DNA of 34,902 nt from a virus. Location: the IMG/VR virus record IMGVR_UViG_3300021956_000005; one strand, written 5' to 3'. Position numbers and translations under genes: made by a program. The notes beneath the pieces were generated by a model that saw only the letters and a program-made list of their open reading frames with translations, made no database searches and was not told the origin of the DNA. Below, piece after piece: positions 1-6,608 of the stretch (positions are counted from its first letter, which is position 1; every line of letters begins with the position of its first letter).

Positions 1-127
1 CAAAGGTCAAAGTCACCCAATGGCCTGAACGTCTTGCAATGAGGGCAGCGCTTCATTGAGCGCCCTGCCCTGGTATCCGCCATCCCGATGGCGAACGCAC
101 CAATGCAATGCCGGTCTCTTCATAAAC
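1..127. repeat. Terminal overlap, copy 1 (identical to 34776..34902)
   Basis: Direct base-by-base comparison of both ends gives 127/127 identical. The overlap lies inside coding sequence (Zn-ribbon ORF and ORF 53..268). Confidence 0.95.
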
Positions 128-268
128 CTCAAAGGCTTTGCACTTGATGCCTTTGGATCCACAGAAGTCCTGCATGGATTTGCCGCAGGACTCACATGGC
201 GGATCAAGAACCAAACAAAGAGTCGGGCCTTTCCGCTTCGGGCTTGATGGATTGGAGTTCAGCATCAT
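53..268 (-). CDS. Hypothetical Cys-rich small protein (71 aa)
   Basis: ORF track. Its ATG overlaps the stop of ORF 265..504 (ATGA). Its stop overlaps the ATG of the downstream Zn-ribbon ORF (nt 56 here = 34831 in the other terminal copy). It has five Cys including CESC. No family recognised. Confidence 0.35.
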   Translation of the reverse strand: MMLNSNPSSPKRKGPTLCLVLDPPCESCGKSMQDFCGSKGIKCKAFEVYEETGIALVRSPSGWRIPGQGAQ

Positions 269-504
269 TCGCCCCGATTCGACCCGAACCGTCCTTCATC
301 GCCCCATTCCGCGCCTGTACCGTCTCGGTACTGAATGCGACGCTGTGCGCCGTAGACGTGGTACTCAAGAACCATCCGGATGTAGTCAGACACTTTGCGG
401 TCGTCTGCCATTGCCAGGTCTTGAAGATCACGCTTCAGAGACTCGCCAAGATGCACCTTGACGTTGTCGAGCAGTTTTTCTGATGCAGCCATATACGGAG
501 TCAC
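265..504 (-). CDS. Putative ribbon-helix-helix (Arc/CopG-like) DNA-binding protein
   Basis: VKVHLGESLKRDLQDLAMADDRKVSDYIRMVLEYH fits a strand-helix-helix pattern. GTG start at 504, alternative ATG at 492. It is the first gene of a coupled leftward chain. Confidence 0.4.
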   Translation of the reverse strand: MTPYMAASEKLLDNVKVHLGESLKRDLQDLAMADDRKVSDYIRMVLEYHVYGAQRRIQYRDGTGAEWGDEGRFGSNRGE

Positions 505-508
505 CCTG

Positions 509-799
509 ATGTCTATCTCACTTTCGCCCAGAGATACTGGTCTCTATGTTCAATGCACATGCGGATCCCGCATGTTTATTCCATCTGAGTCTGCTACTCG
601 CAGTCCTGCTCTTTTCTGCCCCTGTGGGGAGGTCGAGAAGATCGGCAAAGAAGTTCTTAACCAACTCACATCCAGGCAACTGCGCTCTCATATCGCTAAA
701 AAAAACGGCAGGCTTTACCGGCCCGCCGCCAAGTCAGAGGAGAGAACGAAAAAAACAGTTGCAACAAAAGTCGCTGATGAATTCGTTGAGCTGATCTAG
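509..799 (+). CDS. Hypothetical zinc-ribbon protein (96 aa)
   Basis: This is a long open frame in AT-rich DNA (track ORF 458..799). The ATG at 509 is preceded by GGAG at 497-500. It has paired Cys motifs CTCG ... CPCG. Caveat: it is wedged with near-zero spacing between minus-strand genes and contains an antisense terminator. Confidence 0.4.
   Translation: MSISLSPRDTGLYVQCTCGSRMFIPSESATRSPALFCPCGEVEKIGKEVLNQLTSRQLRSHIAKKNGRLYRPAAKSEERTKKTVATKVADEFVELI
698..727 (-). terminator. Rho-independent terminator (minus strand) downstream of the 800..1099 HTH gene
   Basis: The minus strand reads GGCGGGC-CGGTAAA-GCCTGCC-G-TTTTTTTT, a 7-bp stem (one G.U) followed by a T8 run. The plus strand has no T-run after the stem. 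Confidence 0.6.
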
Positions 800-1099
800 T
801 CATGCCTGTCGCTTCGCGTCTTTAAAGCTGAGTAATGACTCTGCAGAAATTCCACCATGAAGCCTTGCAATTGTTTCAGCGTAATTTGTTTCCCCGGTCC
901 ACTCTGTTCTTGGAAGGCGATTGCGCGACTTCCACTTGTGAACTGTCGCTGGGCTCCTATTGCATGCTTTAGCAATGCGAGTTAGGCCCACCTCAGAAAT
1001 GACTGTTGCAATGTTCATGTCCATCATTTTCACCGATAGTGAAAGTTCTTGCAACTCGAATTTTTTACCCATAGTGAAATTTGACTGTGGGAAATTCAT
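800..1099 (-). CDS. Cro/CI-type HTH regulator (YdaS/Cro-like)
   Basis: The HTH reads LTRIAKACNRSPATVHKWKSRNRLP and the gene is divergent from an XRE gene. The start is uncertain (1099, 1072 or 1027). A start at 1027 would leave a 75-bp intergenic switch region containing the operators. Confidence 0.65.
   Translation of the reverse strand: MNFPQSNFTMGKKFELQELSLSVKMMDMNIATVISEVGLTRIAKACNRSPATVHKWKSRNRLPRTEWTGETNYAETIARLHGGISAESLLSFKDAKRQA
1028..1079. promoter_or_regulatory. Operator pair in the divergent switch region
   Basis: 1028-1044 is TTTCAC-CGATA-GTGAAA, a perfect 6+5+6 palindrome. 1063-1079 is TTTTAC-CCATA-GTGAAA, with one mismatch. A palindromic TTGCAA hexamer lies between them at 1049-1054. 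Confidence 0.6.
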
Positions 1100-1102
1100 A
1101 CA

Positions 1103-1489
1103 ATGAGTAAAAGCAAGGCAAAGGCTGAAGATTTTTCTAAGCGATTTAATGAACTTTTAGCTGAGCGCGGCTGGGATTCTTTGCCGGATATAGAGCTAAG
1201 CAAAAAACTCAGAAGGAGCAATACGACTGTCTGGAATTGGAAAAATGGAATCAAGCTTCCATCGCTTGATACGGCAATAGACTTGGCGATTTTTTTTGAC
1301 GTTTGTGTTGACTGGCTGCTGACAGGCCGAGGTGACAAGCATCCAGGAGCATCGTCTGGGAGCTCAGATGAAAACGATGTCCTCATCCTTTCTAGGCTGG
1401 CTGACTCTGACAAAGGTCATCTTAAGGCGCTGTTTCATTCGCTTGCTGACGCGAACAATAAAAGCGGAAAATCATCAAACGGTGATTGA
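1103..1489 (+). CDS. XRE-family HTH transcriptional regulator (repressor-like N-terminal domain, no S24 peptidase domain)
   Basis: IELSKKLRRSNTTVWNWKNGIKLPSLDTAIDLAIFFDVCVDWLLTGRG is a typical XRE/434-cI-like HTH ending in LLTG. The C-terminal tail is disordered and Ser/Asp-rich. Confidence 0.8.
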   Translation: MSKSKAKAEDFSKRFNELLAERGWDSLPDIELSKKLRRSNTTVWNWKNGIKLPSLDTAIDLAIFFDVCVDWLLTGRGDKHPGASSGSSDENDVLILSRLADSDKGHLKALFHSLADANNKSGKSSNGD

Positions 1490-1530
1490 AGAGCCGATAA
1501 AACCGGATTTTTAAAACATTGGAGTTTGAC

Positions 1531-1881
1531 GTGAAGGCCCCTCTTGATATCAGCCCATCATCAATTTCGAGTTCATCATTTTTTATTTTGACAAACCGAA
1601 TTTCATCGGTACGAATCAGATCAGCAAAAGCAAAAAAAGACTGGATCTATGGTCTTTTTCCCATAATGATTGGGCTTGGAGCCTCTGTTGAATACAAAGC
1701 AATCGGCTTTGGCCTGATCGCTTTTGGCGTGCTTGTGACGATTGCAATTGCCTTGGCTCGAGGAGAGCACGAGGTTATCGTCTCGATGCCTGGACTAGAC
1801 TTCACGATTTATAAAACCAACGACTTTCAAAGTGCCGCAGACATTCATCAGAAAATTGTTGATGCACTAAAAGCAGCTTAA
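1531..1881 (+). CDS. Hypothetical membrane protein (two predicted TM helices), co-transcribed with the XRE regulator
   Basis: GTG at 1531 lies 6 nt after GGAG (1521-1524). The track ORF starts at TTG 1519. Hydrophobic stretch IYGLFPIMIGLGASVEYKAIGFGLIAFGVLVTIAIALA. It is followed by a terminator. Confidence 0.55.
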   Translation: MKAPLDISPSSISSSSFFILTNRISSVRIRSAKAKKDWIYGLFPIMIGLGASVEYKAIGFGLIAFGVLVTIAIALARGEHEVIVSMPGLDFTIYKTNDFQSAADIHQKIVDALKAA

Positions 1882-1917
1882 TACCTTGCTGTAAACCTGT
1901 TCCATAAATCAAACCAT

Positions 1918-1941
1918 AGGCCGCTAAGCGGCCTTTTTTTT
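1918..1941 (+). terminator. Rho-independent terminator
   Basis: AGGCCGC-TAA-GCGGCCT stem followed by T8, 37 nt after the stop at 1881. Confidence 0.8.
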
Positions 1942-1956
1942 ACCTTGAGTAAATTT

Positions 1957-1999
1957 TTTCACCGATAGTGGTTGCATTGATCTTTCACTTTTGGTGAAA
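1957..1999. promoter_or_regulatory. Second operator pair (same motif as the switch region)
   Basis: 1957-1973 is TTTCAC-CGATA-GTGGTT; its left half and spacer are identical to the 1028 site. 1983-1999 is TTTCAC-TTTTG-GTGAAA, with perfect half-sites. Confidence 0.6.
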
Positions 2000-2001
2000 T
2001 C
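1973..2001 (+). promoter_or_regulatory. Sigma70-like early-right promoter candidate overlapped by an operator
   Basis: TTGCAT (1973-1978), a 17-nt spacer, then TGAAAT (1996-2001). The 1983-1999 operator sits in the spacer and -10 region. Confidence 0.4.
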
Positions 2002-2106
2002 TCTGTGCCCCCTTGCTGCCCAGGCCAGCGCGGATGCACTAAGGGCCTGCAGTGAATGGCTTCATTCAGGACACACCAGGACAGGGGGCACTAACAGGAG
2101 AAAGAG

Positions 2107-2223
2107 ATGAACAAGATTGCTTTTCTGATCATGGCTGTTTGTTTCGCCATCGCATCAAATGACGATTTTGATGATTACCAGGTGGCCCACGGTTCAATGT
2201 TGGTTGCTCAGTCTCATGAATAA
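2107..2223 (+). CDS. Small hydrophobic peptide (38 aa), signal-peptide-like N-terminus
   Basis: ATG at 2107 lies 6 nt after AGGAG (2096-2100). The peptide begins MNKIAFLIMAVCFAIAS. It is below the ORF-track size cut-off and was read by hand. Confidence 0.3.
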   Translation: MNKIAFLIMAVCFAIASNDDFDDYQVAHGSMLVAQSHE

Positions 2224-2383
2224 CTTTTTTGTGATTTTCGGCTTAATTGCTGGCGGGATCGCTTTGGCATGGCAAATCTACAAATTATGGAAGCAGGTTT
2301 TCGTTGATCCATTTGGAGACCGTGAGTTCCGTAGCGCCTTGCGGAAAATTGAAAAAGAAAAAAGGAGGATGCGGCCTCGATGA
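2216..2383 (+). CDS. Small membrane protein (55 aa)
   Basis: Internal ATG of track ORF 2159..2383. One TM helix: MNNFFVIFGLIAGGIALAWQIY. It overlaps the upstream small ORF, and its stop overlaps the next ATG (ATGA at 2380). Confidence 0.4.
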   Translation: MNNFFVIFGLIAGGIALAWQIYKLWKQVFVDPFGDREFRSALRKIEKEKRRMRPR

Positions 2384-2925
2384 GCGCGCCATTCAAAATC
2401 ATTGGCCTTGCCGGACAGGGAAGGAGCGGAAAAACAACCGTGGCTGACTACCTTTGCACTAAAGGTTTTCATCAGCTGGCTTTTGCTGATCCGATTGTGG
2501 ATGCCCTAGTCGCAATGCTTGATGTTCCCACCGAGTATCGCGTTGATAAAAAAGAGCTCCCAATTCCGGGCTTTAGTTTCAGCTATCGAAAGGCAGCTCA
2601 AACATTAGGGACTGACTGGGGTCGTCGCATGCTGGATCCAGATTTATGGATTCAAATCATGGCTAACCGGATCAAGGCGGTCGCTGATGACAGTGACTGC
2701 ATCGTGATCTCAGATGTTCGATTTGAAAATGAGGCTCGCTGGATACGAAGCCAGGGCGGAGAGCTTTGGCACATTATTCGGCCCTGCTTTGATGGTGGGG
2801 TAAGGAAACATGTATCAGAGGATGGAATTGCAATCCTTGAAGGTGAAACTGTCTTGATCAATGACAAAGGCATCGAAGATCTCTATGCGCATATAGATCC
2901 ATGGCTTTGGGCTGAGGTCTATTGA
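2380..2925 (+). CDS. P-loop deoxynucleoside-monophosphate kinase-like protein
   Basis: Walker A GLAGQGRSGKTT at the N-terminus. ISDVRFENEA and the FADP/TLGTDWGR context resemble phage dNMP kinases. Confidence 0.6.
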   Translation: MSAPFKIIGLAGQGRSGKTTVADYLCTKGFHQLAFADPIVDALVAMLDVPTEYRVDKKELPIPGFSFSYRKAAQTLGTDWGRRMLDPDLWIQIMANRIKAVADDSDCIVISDVRFENEARWIRSQGGELWHIIRPCFDGGVRKHVSEDGIAILEGETVLINDKGIEDLYAHIDPWLWAEVY

Positions 2926-2927
2926 TC

Positions 2928-3101
2928 ATGACCATCATTCTTATTGCTGTATTTTTTTTGGTCTTGCTGACCGTTCCTGTGATTACTGCCGTCTTCGCTT
3001 ATGGCTTGATGACTCATCTGCAAAAAAGAAAATCACGAGATCAAAGGATTTCGAAAGATCTTTTTTATGTCATGACACTGAATCGGCGGGGAATGCCATG
3101 A
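2928..3101 (+). CDS. Small membrane protein (57 aa)
   Basis: Hand-read ORF MTIILIAVFFLVLLTVPVITAVFAYGLM followed by a basic tail. It starts 3 nt after the kinase stop. Confidence 0.3.
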   Translation: MTIILIAVFFLVLLTVPVITAVFAYGLMTHLQKRKSRDQRISKDLFYVMTLNRRGMP

Positions 3102-3211
3102 CTGGATCCGCTGAGTTAGATGCCATCAGCGTCATATTAATTCTTTTCTTTGCAATCATTTTTCTTGAGTTTGTCCTGGGAATTTGCATTGGAGATTACT
3201 GGGATGAGTAG
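3098..3211 (+). CDS. Small membrane protein (37 aa)
   Basis: Hand-read ORF containing ISVILILFFAIIFLEFVLGICIG. It shows ATGA-type overlap with both neighbours. Confidence 0.25.
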   Translation: MTGSAELDAISVILILFFAIIFLEFVLGICIGDYWDE

Positions 3212-3854
3212 GCATATCTGGACGGATGAAGAAGTAGATGCCCTGCGCATTCTTTACCCAATCACCAGGACACAGGACATTGCTGATCAGCTCAATATCC
3301 CGTTGTCCAAGATTTATCACAAGGCCAAGAATCTTGGTCTTAATAAATCTGAATCCTACATGCGAGCCGAACTTACCAGACAAGGTGAAAGATTAAAAAC
3401 AGTTGGAAATCCTGCCCGTTTCAAGAAGGGACACGCCTCATGGAACAAAGGCAAAAAAGGTCTTGCGCTAGGCGGTAAGCAAACTCAATTTAAGCCAGGC
3501 CATATCCCCCACACTATCAAACCGATTGGGTCTGAGCGCATTAGCCAGGACGGTTATTTAGAAAGAAAGGTAACAAACGAGGGTCCCGCTCGATCACATT
3601 ACAAATTCGTTCATCGAATTATTTGGGAAGAAGCTTATGGCTCTATCCCAAGAACCCATTACGTGACGTTCAAAAATGGAAATCGGCTGGATGTACGGCT
3701 TGAAAATCTTGAACTTATCAGCATGGCAGACCATGCCAGGCGAATCAGCATCATGCGTTATCCGGAAGAGATCCGCGAAATCATGCTGTTAAAAGGAAGG
3801 CTAACCAAAGCAATCAGAAAACGGGAAAAATTAGATGAAAAACAAAATTGTTGA
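3204..3854 (+). CDS. HNH_3-like endonuclease-related protein (catalytic motif apparently degenerate)
   Basis: GHxSWNKG / KPGHIPHT repeats and FVHRIIWEEAYGSIP ... NGNRLDVRLENLELIS resemble the HNH_3 family. The usual His preceding the NGN motif is replaced (VTFKNGN). The ATG at 3204 is internal to track ORF 3150..3854. Confidence 0.55.
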   Translation: MSRHIWTDEEVDALRILYPITRTQDIADQLNIPLSKIYHKAKNLGLNKSESYMRAELTRQGERLKTVGNPARFKKGHASWNKGKKGLALGGKQTQFKPGHIPHTIKPIGSERISQDGYLERKVTNEGPARSHYKFVHRIIWEEAYGSIPRTHYVTFKNGNRLDVRLENLELISMADHARRISIMRYPEEIREIMLLKGRLTKAIRKREKLDEKQNC

Positions 3855-4086
3855 TCTTAGAAACCACCTTTTTGCAACGCTTGAGGCGCTTCAAGACAAA
3901 GATGACCCAATGGATCTTGCCCGGGCAAAAGCCATTGCTGATGTAAGTCAAACCGTCATTAATAGCGTCAAAGTTGAAATCGACTTCATCAAAGTCACTG
4001 ACCAGGTAGATGCCGAAAGTAAGTTTTTTGATATCCACCCTCATCTGGAGACGCAGCAGCCTAAAAAGCTTGTCGGTGTTTCATGA
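3835..4086 (+). CDS. Hypothetical protein (83 aa)
   Basis: ORF track. It overlaps the upstream gene end and is coupled to the next gene (ATGA at 4083). Confidence 0.5.
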   Translation: MKNKIVDLRNHLFATLEALQDKDDPMDLARAKAIADVSQTVINSVKVEIDFIKVTDQVDAESKFFDIHPHLETQQPKKLVGVS

Positions 4087-4283
4087 CCAAATACGTCACT
4101 GGCCGTTATGTCATCACGATGTTTGATGAGCGCGGCACCAAGATCGGACAGTTTGCCTCCAAGGAAGGAGGACTTATTAGGGCGCAAGAGATTGGCGCCA
4201 ACTTGATCAGAGAAAAAAGATGCCATTCATTCAATGTGCACCTAAACGTATTCAACAGCATGGATCCGAAGGGCCCCTGGTGA
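4083..4283 (+). CDS. Hypothetical protein (66 aa)
   Basis: ORF track, same-strand coupled array. Confidence 0.45.
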   Translation: MTKYVTGRYVITMFDERGTKIGQFASKEGGLIRAQEIGANLIREKRCHSFNVHLNVFNSMDPKGPW

Positions 4284-4299
4284 GTCTTTGAGGTTAATC

Positions 4300-4578
4300 G
4301 TGAGCATAAATATCGGACAAAAGTTTGGACGCTGGACAGTAATTTCTGCCACATCTCGCCTGGTCGGAGTTGCAAAACATAAAGCGTGGATATGCGAATG
4401 CAGTTGCGCCAGAAAGACCAAGCGCGCAGTGACCGAATATAGCTTGACCGGCCATCACAGCCGCAGCTGCGGAAAGTGCCCAGACAGTCAGTTCCGGCGA
4501 TGGATGACAAATGGTCTTTCTGGAGTTGGAAAGTATCGCAAAGAACCTCAGTGGTGGAAGGAGACCCAGCCAAAATGA
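4300..4578 (+). CDS. Hypothetical Cys-rich (zinc-binding?) protein
   Basis: GTG at 4300 lies 6 nt after GAGG (4290-4293). The pattern FGRWTVI ... WICECSC ... SRSCGKC is common in small phage DNA-binding-type proteins. Confidence 0.5.
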   Translation: MSINIGQKFGRWTVISATSRLVGVAKHKAWICECSCARKTKRAVTEYSLTGHHSRSCGKCPDSQFRRWMTNGLSGVGKYRKEPQWWKETQPK

Positions 4579-4760
4579 AGATCAAACGATTCATTGATCT
4601 AGCAGAAGAGTTTGTGGAGCCTCAGCCGGGAGAGGTTGAGACCTACTATCCATTTACTAGGCAGGAACTCATCGATCTGTTTTTACTCGTCCGCAAAGAG
4701 ATTATTGAAGATTTCTCAAAGGCAATGATCGATAAAGAATTAGAGTCCAAATCGATATGA
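4575..4760 (+). CDS. Hypothetical acidic protein (61 aa)
   Basis: The ATG at 4575 overlaps the upstream stop (ATGA). It is the internal part of track ORF 4476..4760. Confidence 0.4.
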   Translation: MKIKRFIDLAEEFVEPQPGEVETYYPFTRQELIDLFLLVRKEIIEDFSKAMIDKELESKSI

Positions 4761-4924
4761 AACTAATTTTGCAAATTGCATGGGCAATTCCAGTCCTTGC
4801 TGTTTTTATTCTTGCTTTTCCATTTGTATATTTAGGGTTTTCAGTTCTTGCTACATGGATCCTAGCTAATGCGTTTTCCTCAGCTACTGTAGGAAAGATT
4901 GAGGATGGGTGGAGGGCAAAATGA
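4757..4924 (+). CDS. Small membrane protein (55 aa)
   Basis: Hand-read ORF with two hydrophobic helices: MKLILQIAWAIPVLAVFILAFPFVYLGFSVLATWILANAF. ATGA overlap at 4757. Confidence 0.3.
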   Translation: MKLILQIAWAIPVLAVFILAFPFVYLGFSVLATWILANAFSSATVGKIEDGWRAK

Positions 4925-4952
4925 GCATCATGAAACCTAAGCTGGGGCTCTC

Positions 4953-5309
4953 ATGAAAGACAGAGAGCTTATGGAAAAAGCGCTTGAAGCTTTATCAGGT
5001 GGACTAGATGTTCGATTGACAATAAATGCGCTCAAGGATCGGATTCGGGCATTAAAACATCAAGAGGAATGGTATTCGCTACCCAAAGAAGCCAGAGACA
5101 AAATAAGGATGGCAGCGACAGGAAATCGCAATGTCTGGAAAGCAGAGCTTGACCCAAAGTATCAAAAAGCGAAAGAACTTCGCGAAAGCGGAATGATGCT
5201 GAAGGATGCTTGCACTGTCGCTGGAATTTCTACTGAGCAGTGGTACAGGCGTCAGGCGATCGAGAAGTATGGCAAAGCCAGGGCTGGCGGTAAAAGGAGG
5301 CAGGAATAA
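4953..5309 (+). CDS. Hypothetical protein with possible C-terminal HTH
   Basis: ORF track. MLKDACTVAGISTEQWYRRQ looks HTH-like. Confidence 0.5.
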   Translation: MKDRELMEKALEALSGGLDVRLTINALKDRIRALKHQEEWYSLPKEARDKIRMAATGNRNVWKAELDPKYQKAKELRESGMMLKDACTVAGISTEQWYRRQAIEKYGKARAGGKRRQE

Positions 5310-5656
5310 TGAGCGAAACAAAATTCACGCCGGGGCCATGGATTCCAGCGGGACCTAGTTTTGGCGAACCCAAAATGAGGTTTGCAAACTCAGTTATCCC
5401 TGACAGAGACGATGATGAATACCCGGATGATATTTGCGAAATGCCGTTCCCTTATTACGACGAAGAACAAGAAGCCAACGCCCACCTAATCGCCGCCGCG
5501 CCGGATATGTACGAAGAGCTTGAGTGCGCGAGGGACTTATTTCGGTTTTATCAGTCGCATCACGAATTCAAAGGCGGGACCGAGAAGGCCATTCGAAATA
5601 AGGAAATTGCCGATCGGATTGATCGGTTGTTGGCTAAGGCTAGGGGTGACGCATGA
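5309..5656 (+). CDS. Conserved phage hypothetical protein (TPGPW ... ANAHLIAAAPDMYE motif)
   Basis: ORF track. The motif pair recurs in many phage early proteins of unknown function. Confidence 0.55.
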   Translation: MSETKFTPGPWIPAGPSFGEPKMRFANSVIPDRDDDEYPDDICEMPFPYYDEEQEANAHLIAAAPDMYEELECARDLFRFYQSHHEFKGGTEKAIRNKEIADRIDRLLAKARGDA

Positions 5657-6030
5657 GTACCGCAACCGAACTGCTCAGACGTGTGCTTGATGATCTTGAA
5701 TTGCAAGTCGGACGATCCATAGATGAAATCCGCACTTTCCTCGCCGCCGAGCCAGAAGCGGAGCCTGTGGCGTGGATTCCAGAGGACGAACTGCCGGAAC
5801 GATATCCTTACAACTTCATGTTCCAGTATTCCAAGGTAGACATCATTCGATGGTTTCCGATCTATGGCCCATCCAGACCCTCGCCAGCAAGGAAGCCGAT
5901 GACGGAGGAGGAGATAAAAGACTTATATGACCAGGCTGGACACCATGATTTTGATATGGTTGTGCGATCTGTTGTTGAGTTTGCCAGAGCAATAGAAAAG
6001 CACCATCTGATCGGAGTGAGCGATGAGTGA
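5653..6030 (+). CDS. Hypothetical protein (125 aa)
   Basis: ORF track. ATGA overlap at 5653. Confidence 0.5.
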   Translation: MSTATELLRRVLDDLELQVGRSIDEIRTFLAAEPEAEPVAWIPEDELPERYPYNFMFQYSKVDIIRWFPIYGPSRPSPARKPMTEEEIKDLYDQAGHHDFDMVVRSVVEFARAIEKHHLIGVSDE

Positions 6031-6286
6031 CACACTAGATTCAAAAGGAGCCGCCGAGCTTCTGCATGTGTCAGTAAAACATATTCAGGAATTGGCCAGG
6101 AAAGGAGAAATTCCAGCGGTCTGGATTGCTGGTCAATGGATCTTCATCAAAGATGATCTTTTGAGCTCATTAGCTCAAAGGGCCAGGGATGAGCAAAGGC
6201 AAAGACGTGAAATGAGTCTGCACGTCAATTCAATCGTGGAATCAGTAAATCCACGTAAGCCTGGTCGGCCTCGGAAAGCAGCATAA
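6023..6286 (+). CDS. xis: Excisionase-family HTH DNA-binding protein
   Basis: GAAELLHVSVKHIQELARKGEIPAVWIAGQWIFIKDDL matches the excisionase/MerR-type HTH_17 pattern. It lies immediately upstream of attP and int. Confidence 0.65.
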   Translation: MSDTLDSKGAAELLHVSVKHIQELARKGEIPAVWIAGQWIFIKDDLLSSLAQRARDEQRQRREMSLHVNSIVESVNPRKPGRPRKAA

Positions 6287-6417
6287 TGCAATCACTTCCC
6301 GTTAAGTGGACTGTCAGTCCATCTACCGAAAACGTAGGTAATACTACTTACGCAGCTGACCAAGGTGTGATTGGTTTTGTGATCGTCATCTACAGGCCTT
6401 TGATAGCAATGGATTGG

Positions 6418-6466
6418 GTGGATTGCAAATCCATCTAGGGCGGTTCGACTCCGCCACGCGCCTCCA
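6418..6466 (+). other. attP core candidate: 3' two-thirds of a tRNA-Cys(GCA) gene (anticodon arm, variable loop, T arm, 3' acceptor strand, CCA)
   Basis: The fragment reads GTGGA-TTGCAAA-TCCAT CTAG GGCGG-TTCGACT-CCGCC ACGCGCC TCCA. It parallels E. coli tRNA-Cys from the anticodon stem onward. No upstream GGCGCGT pairs with the 3' acceptor strand, and the D arm does not fold, so this is a fragment and not a gene. Confidence 0.65.
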
Positions 6467-6469
6467 TAA

Positions 6470-6482
6470 AATCAAGCACTTA
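6470..6482 (+). promoter_or_regulatory. IHF consensus site (WATCAANNNNTTR) next to the tRNA fragment
   Basis: AATCAAGCACTTA matches the consensus at every specified position. Confidence 0.4.
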
Positions 6483-6608
6483 CGATAAAATCAGTCCATC
6501 TAATGGTGCTTGAAAACCCCCTAAAAACCCCTAAAATCCCCCCCTAGTGTGGTTAAACCGCACTTGTAATGGATCGACATGTCCATCTAGTCTTAGGGGG
6601 AAGACACC

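Noticed and set aside
1-127. Genuine direct terminal repeat (DTR) of the virion DNA
   Set aside because: The overlap lies within coding sequence, is short and of k-mer-like length, and the terminase is of the cos-type gpA/Nu1 family. I kept it as a finding to be checked with read data rather than calling it a DTR.
138-483. Plus-strand ORFs 138..461 and 196..483 opposite the RHH and Cys-rich genes
   Set aside because: The minus-strand ORFs are chained by ATGA overlaps into the replication operon, and one shows an RHH-like pattern. The plus-strand alternatives lack any coupling or motif. This is a judgement call, not proof.
4106-4594. 162-aa minus-strand ORF spanning three plus-strand early genes
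   Set aside because: It is antisense to a tightly coupled plus-strand array with RBSs and ATGA overlaps. No promoter or RBS context or motif was found.
6395-6466. Possible complete 72-nt tRNA-Cys gene
   Set aside because: The 5' end GGCCTTT cannot pair with the 3' acceptor strand ACGCGCC beyond three bases. No D-arm stem forms in 6402-6417. Only the anticodon arm onward is tRNA-like, so I treat it as an attP fragment.
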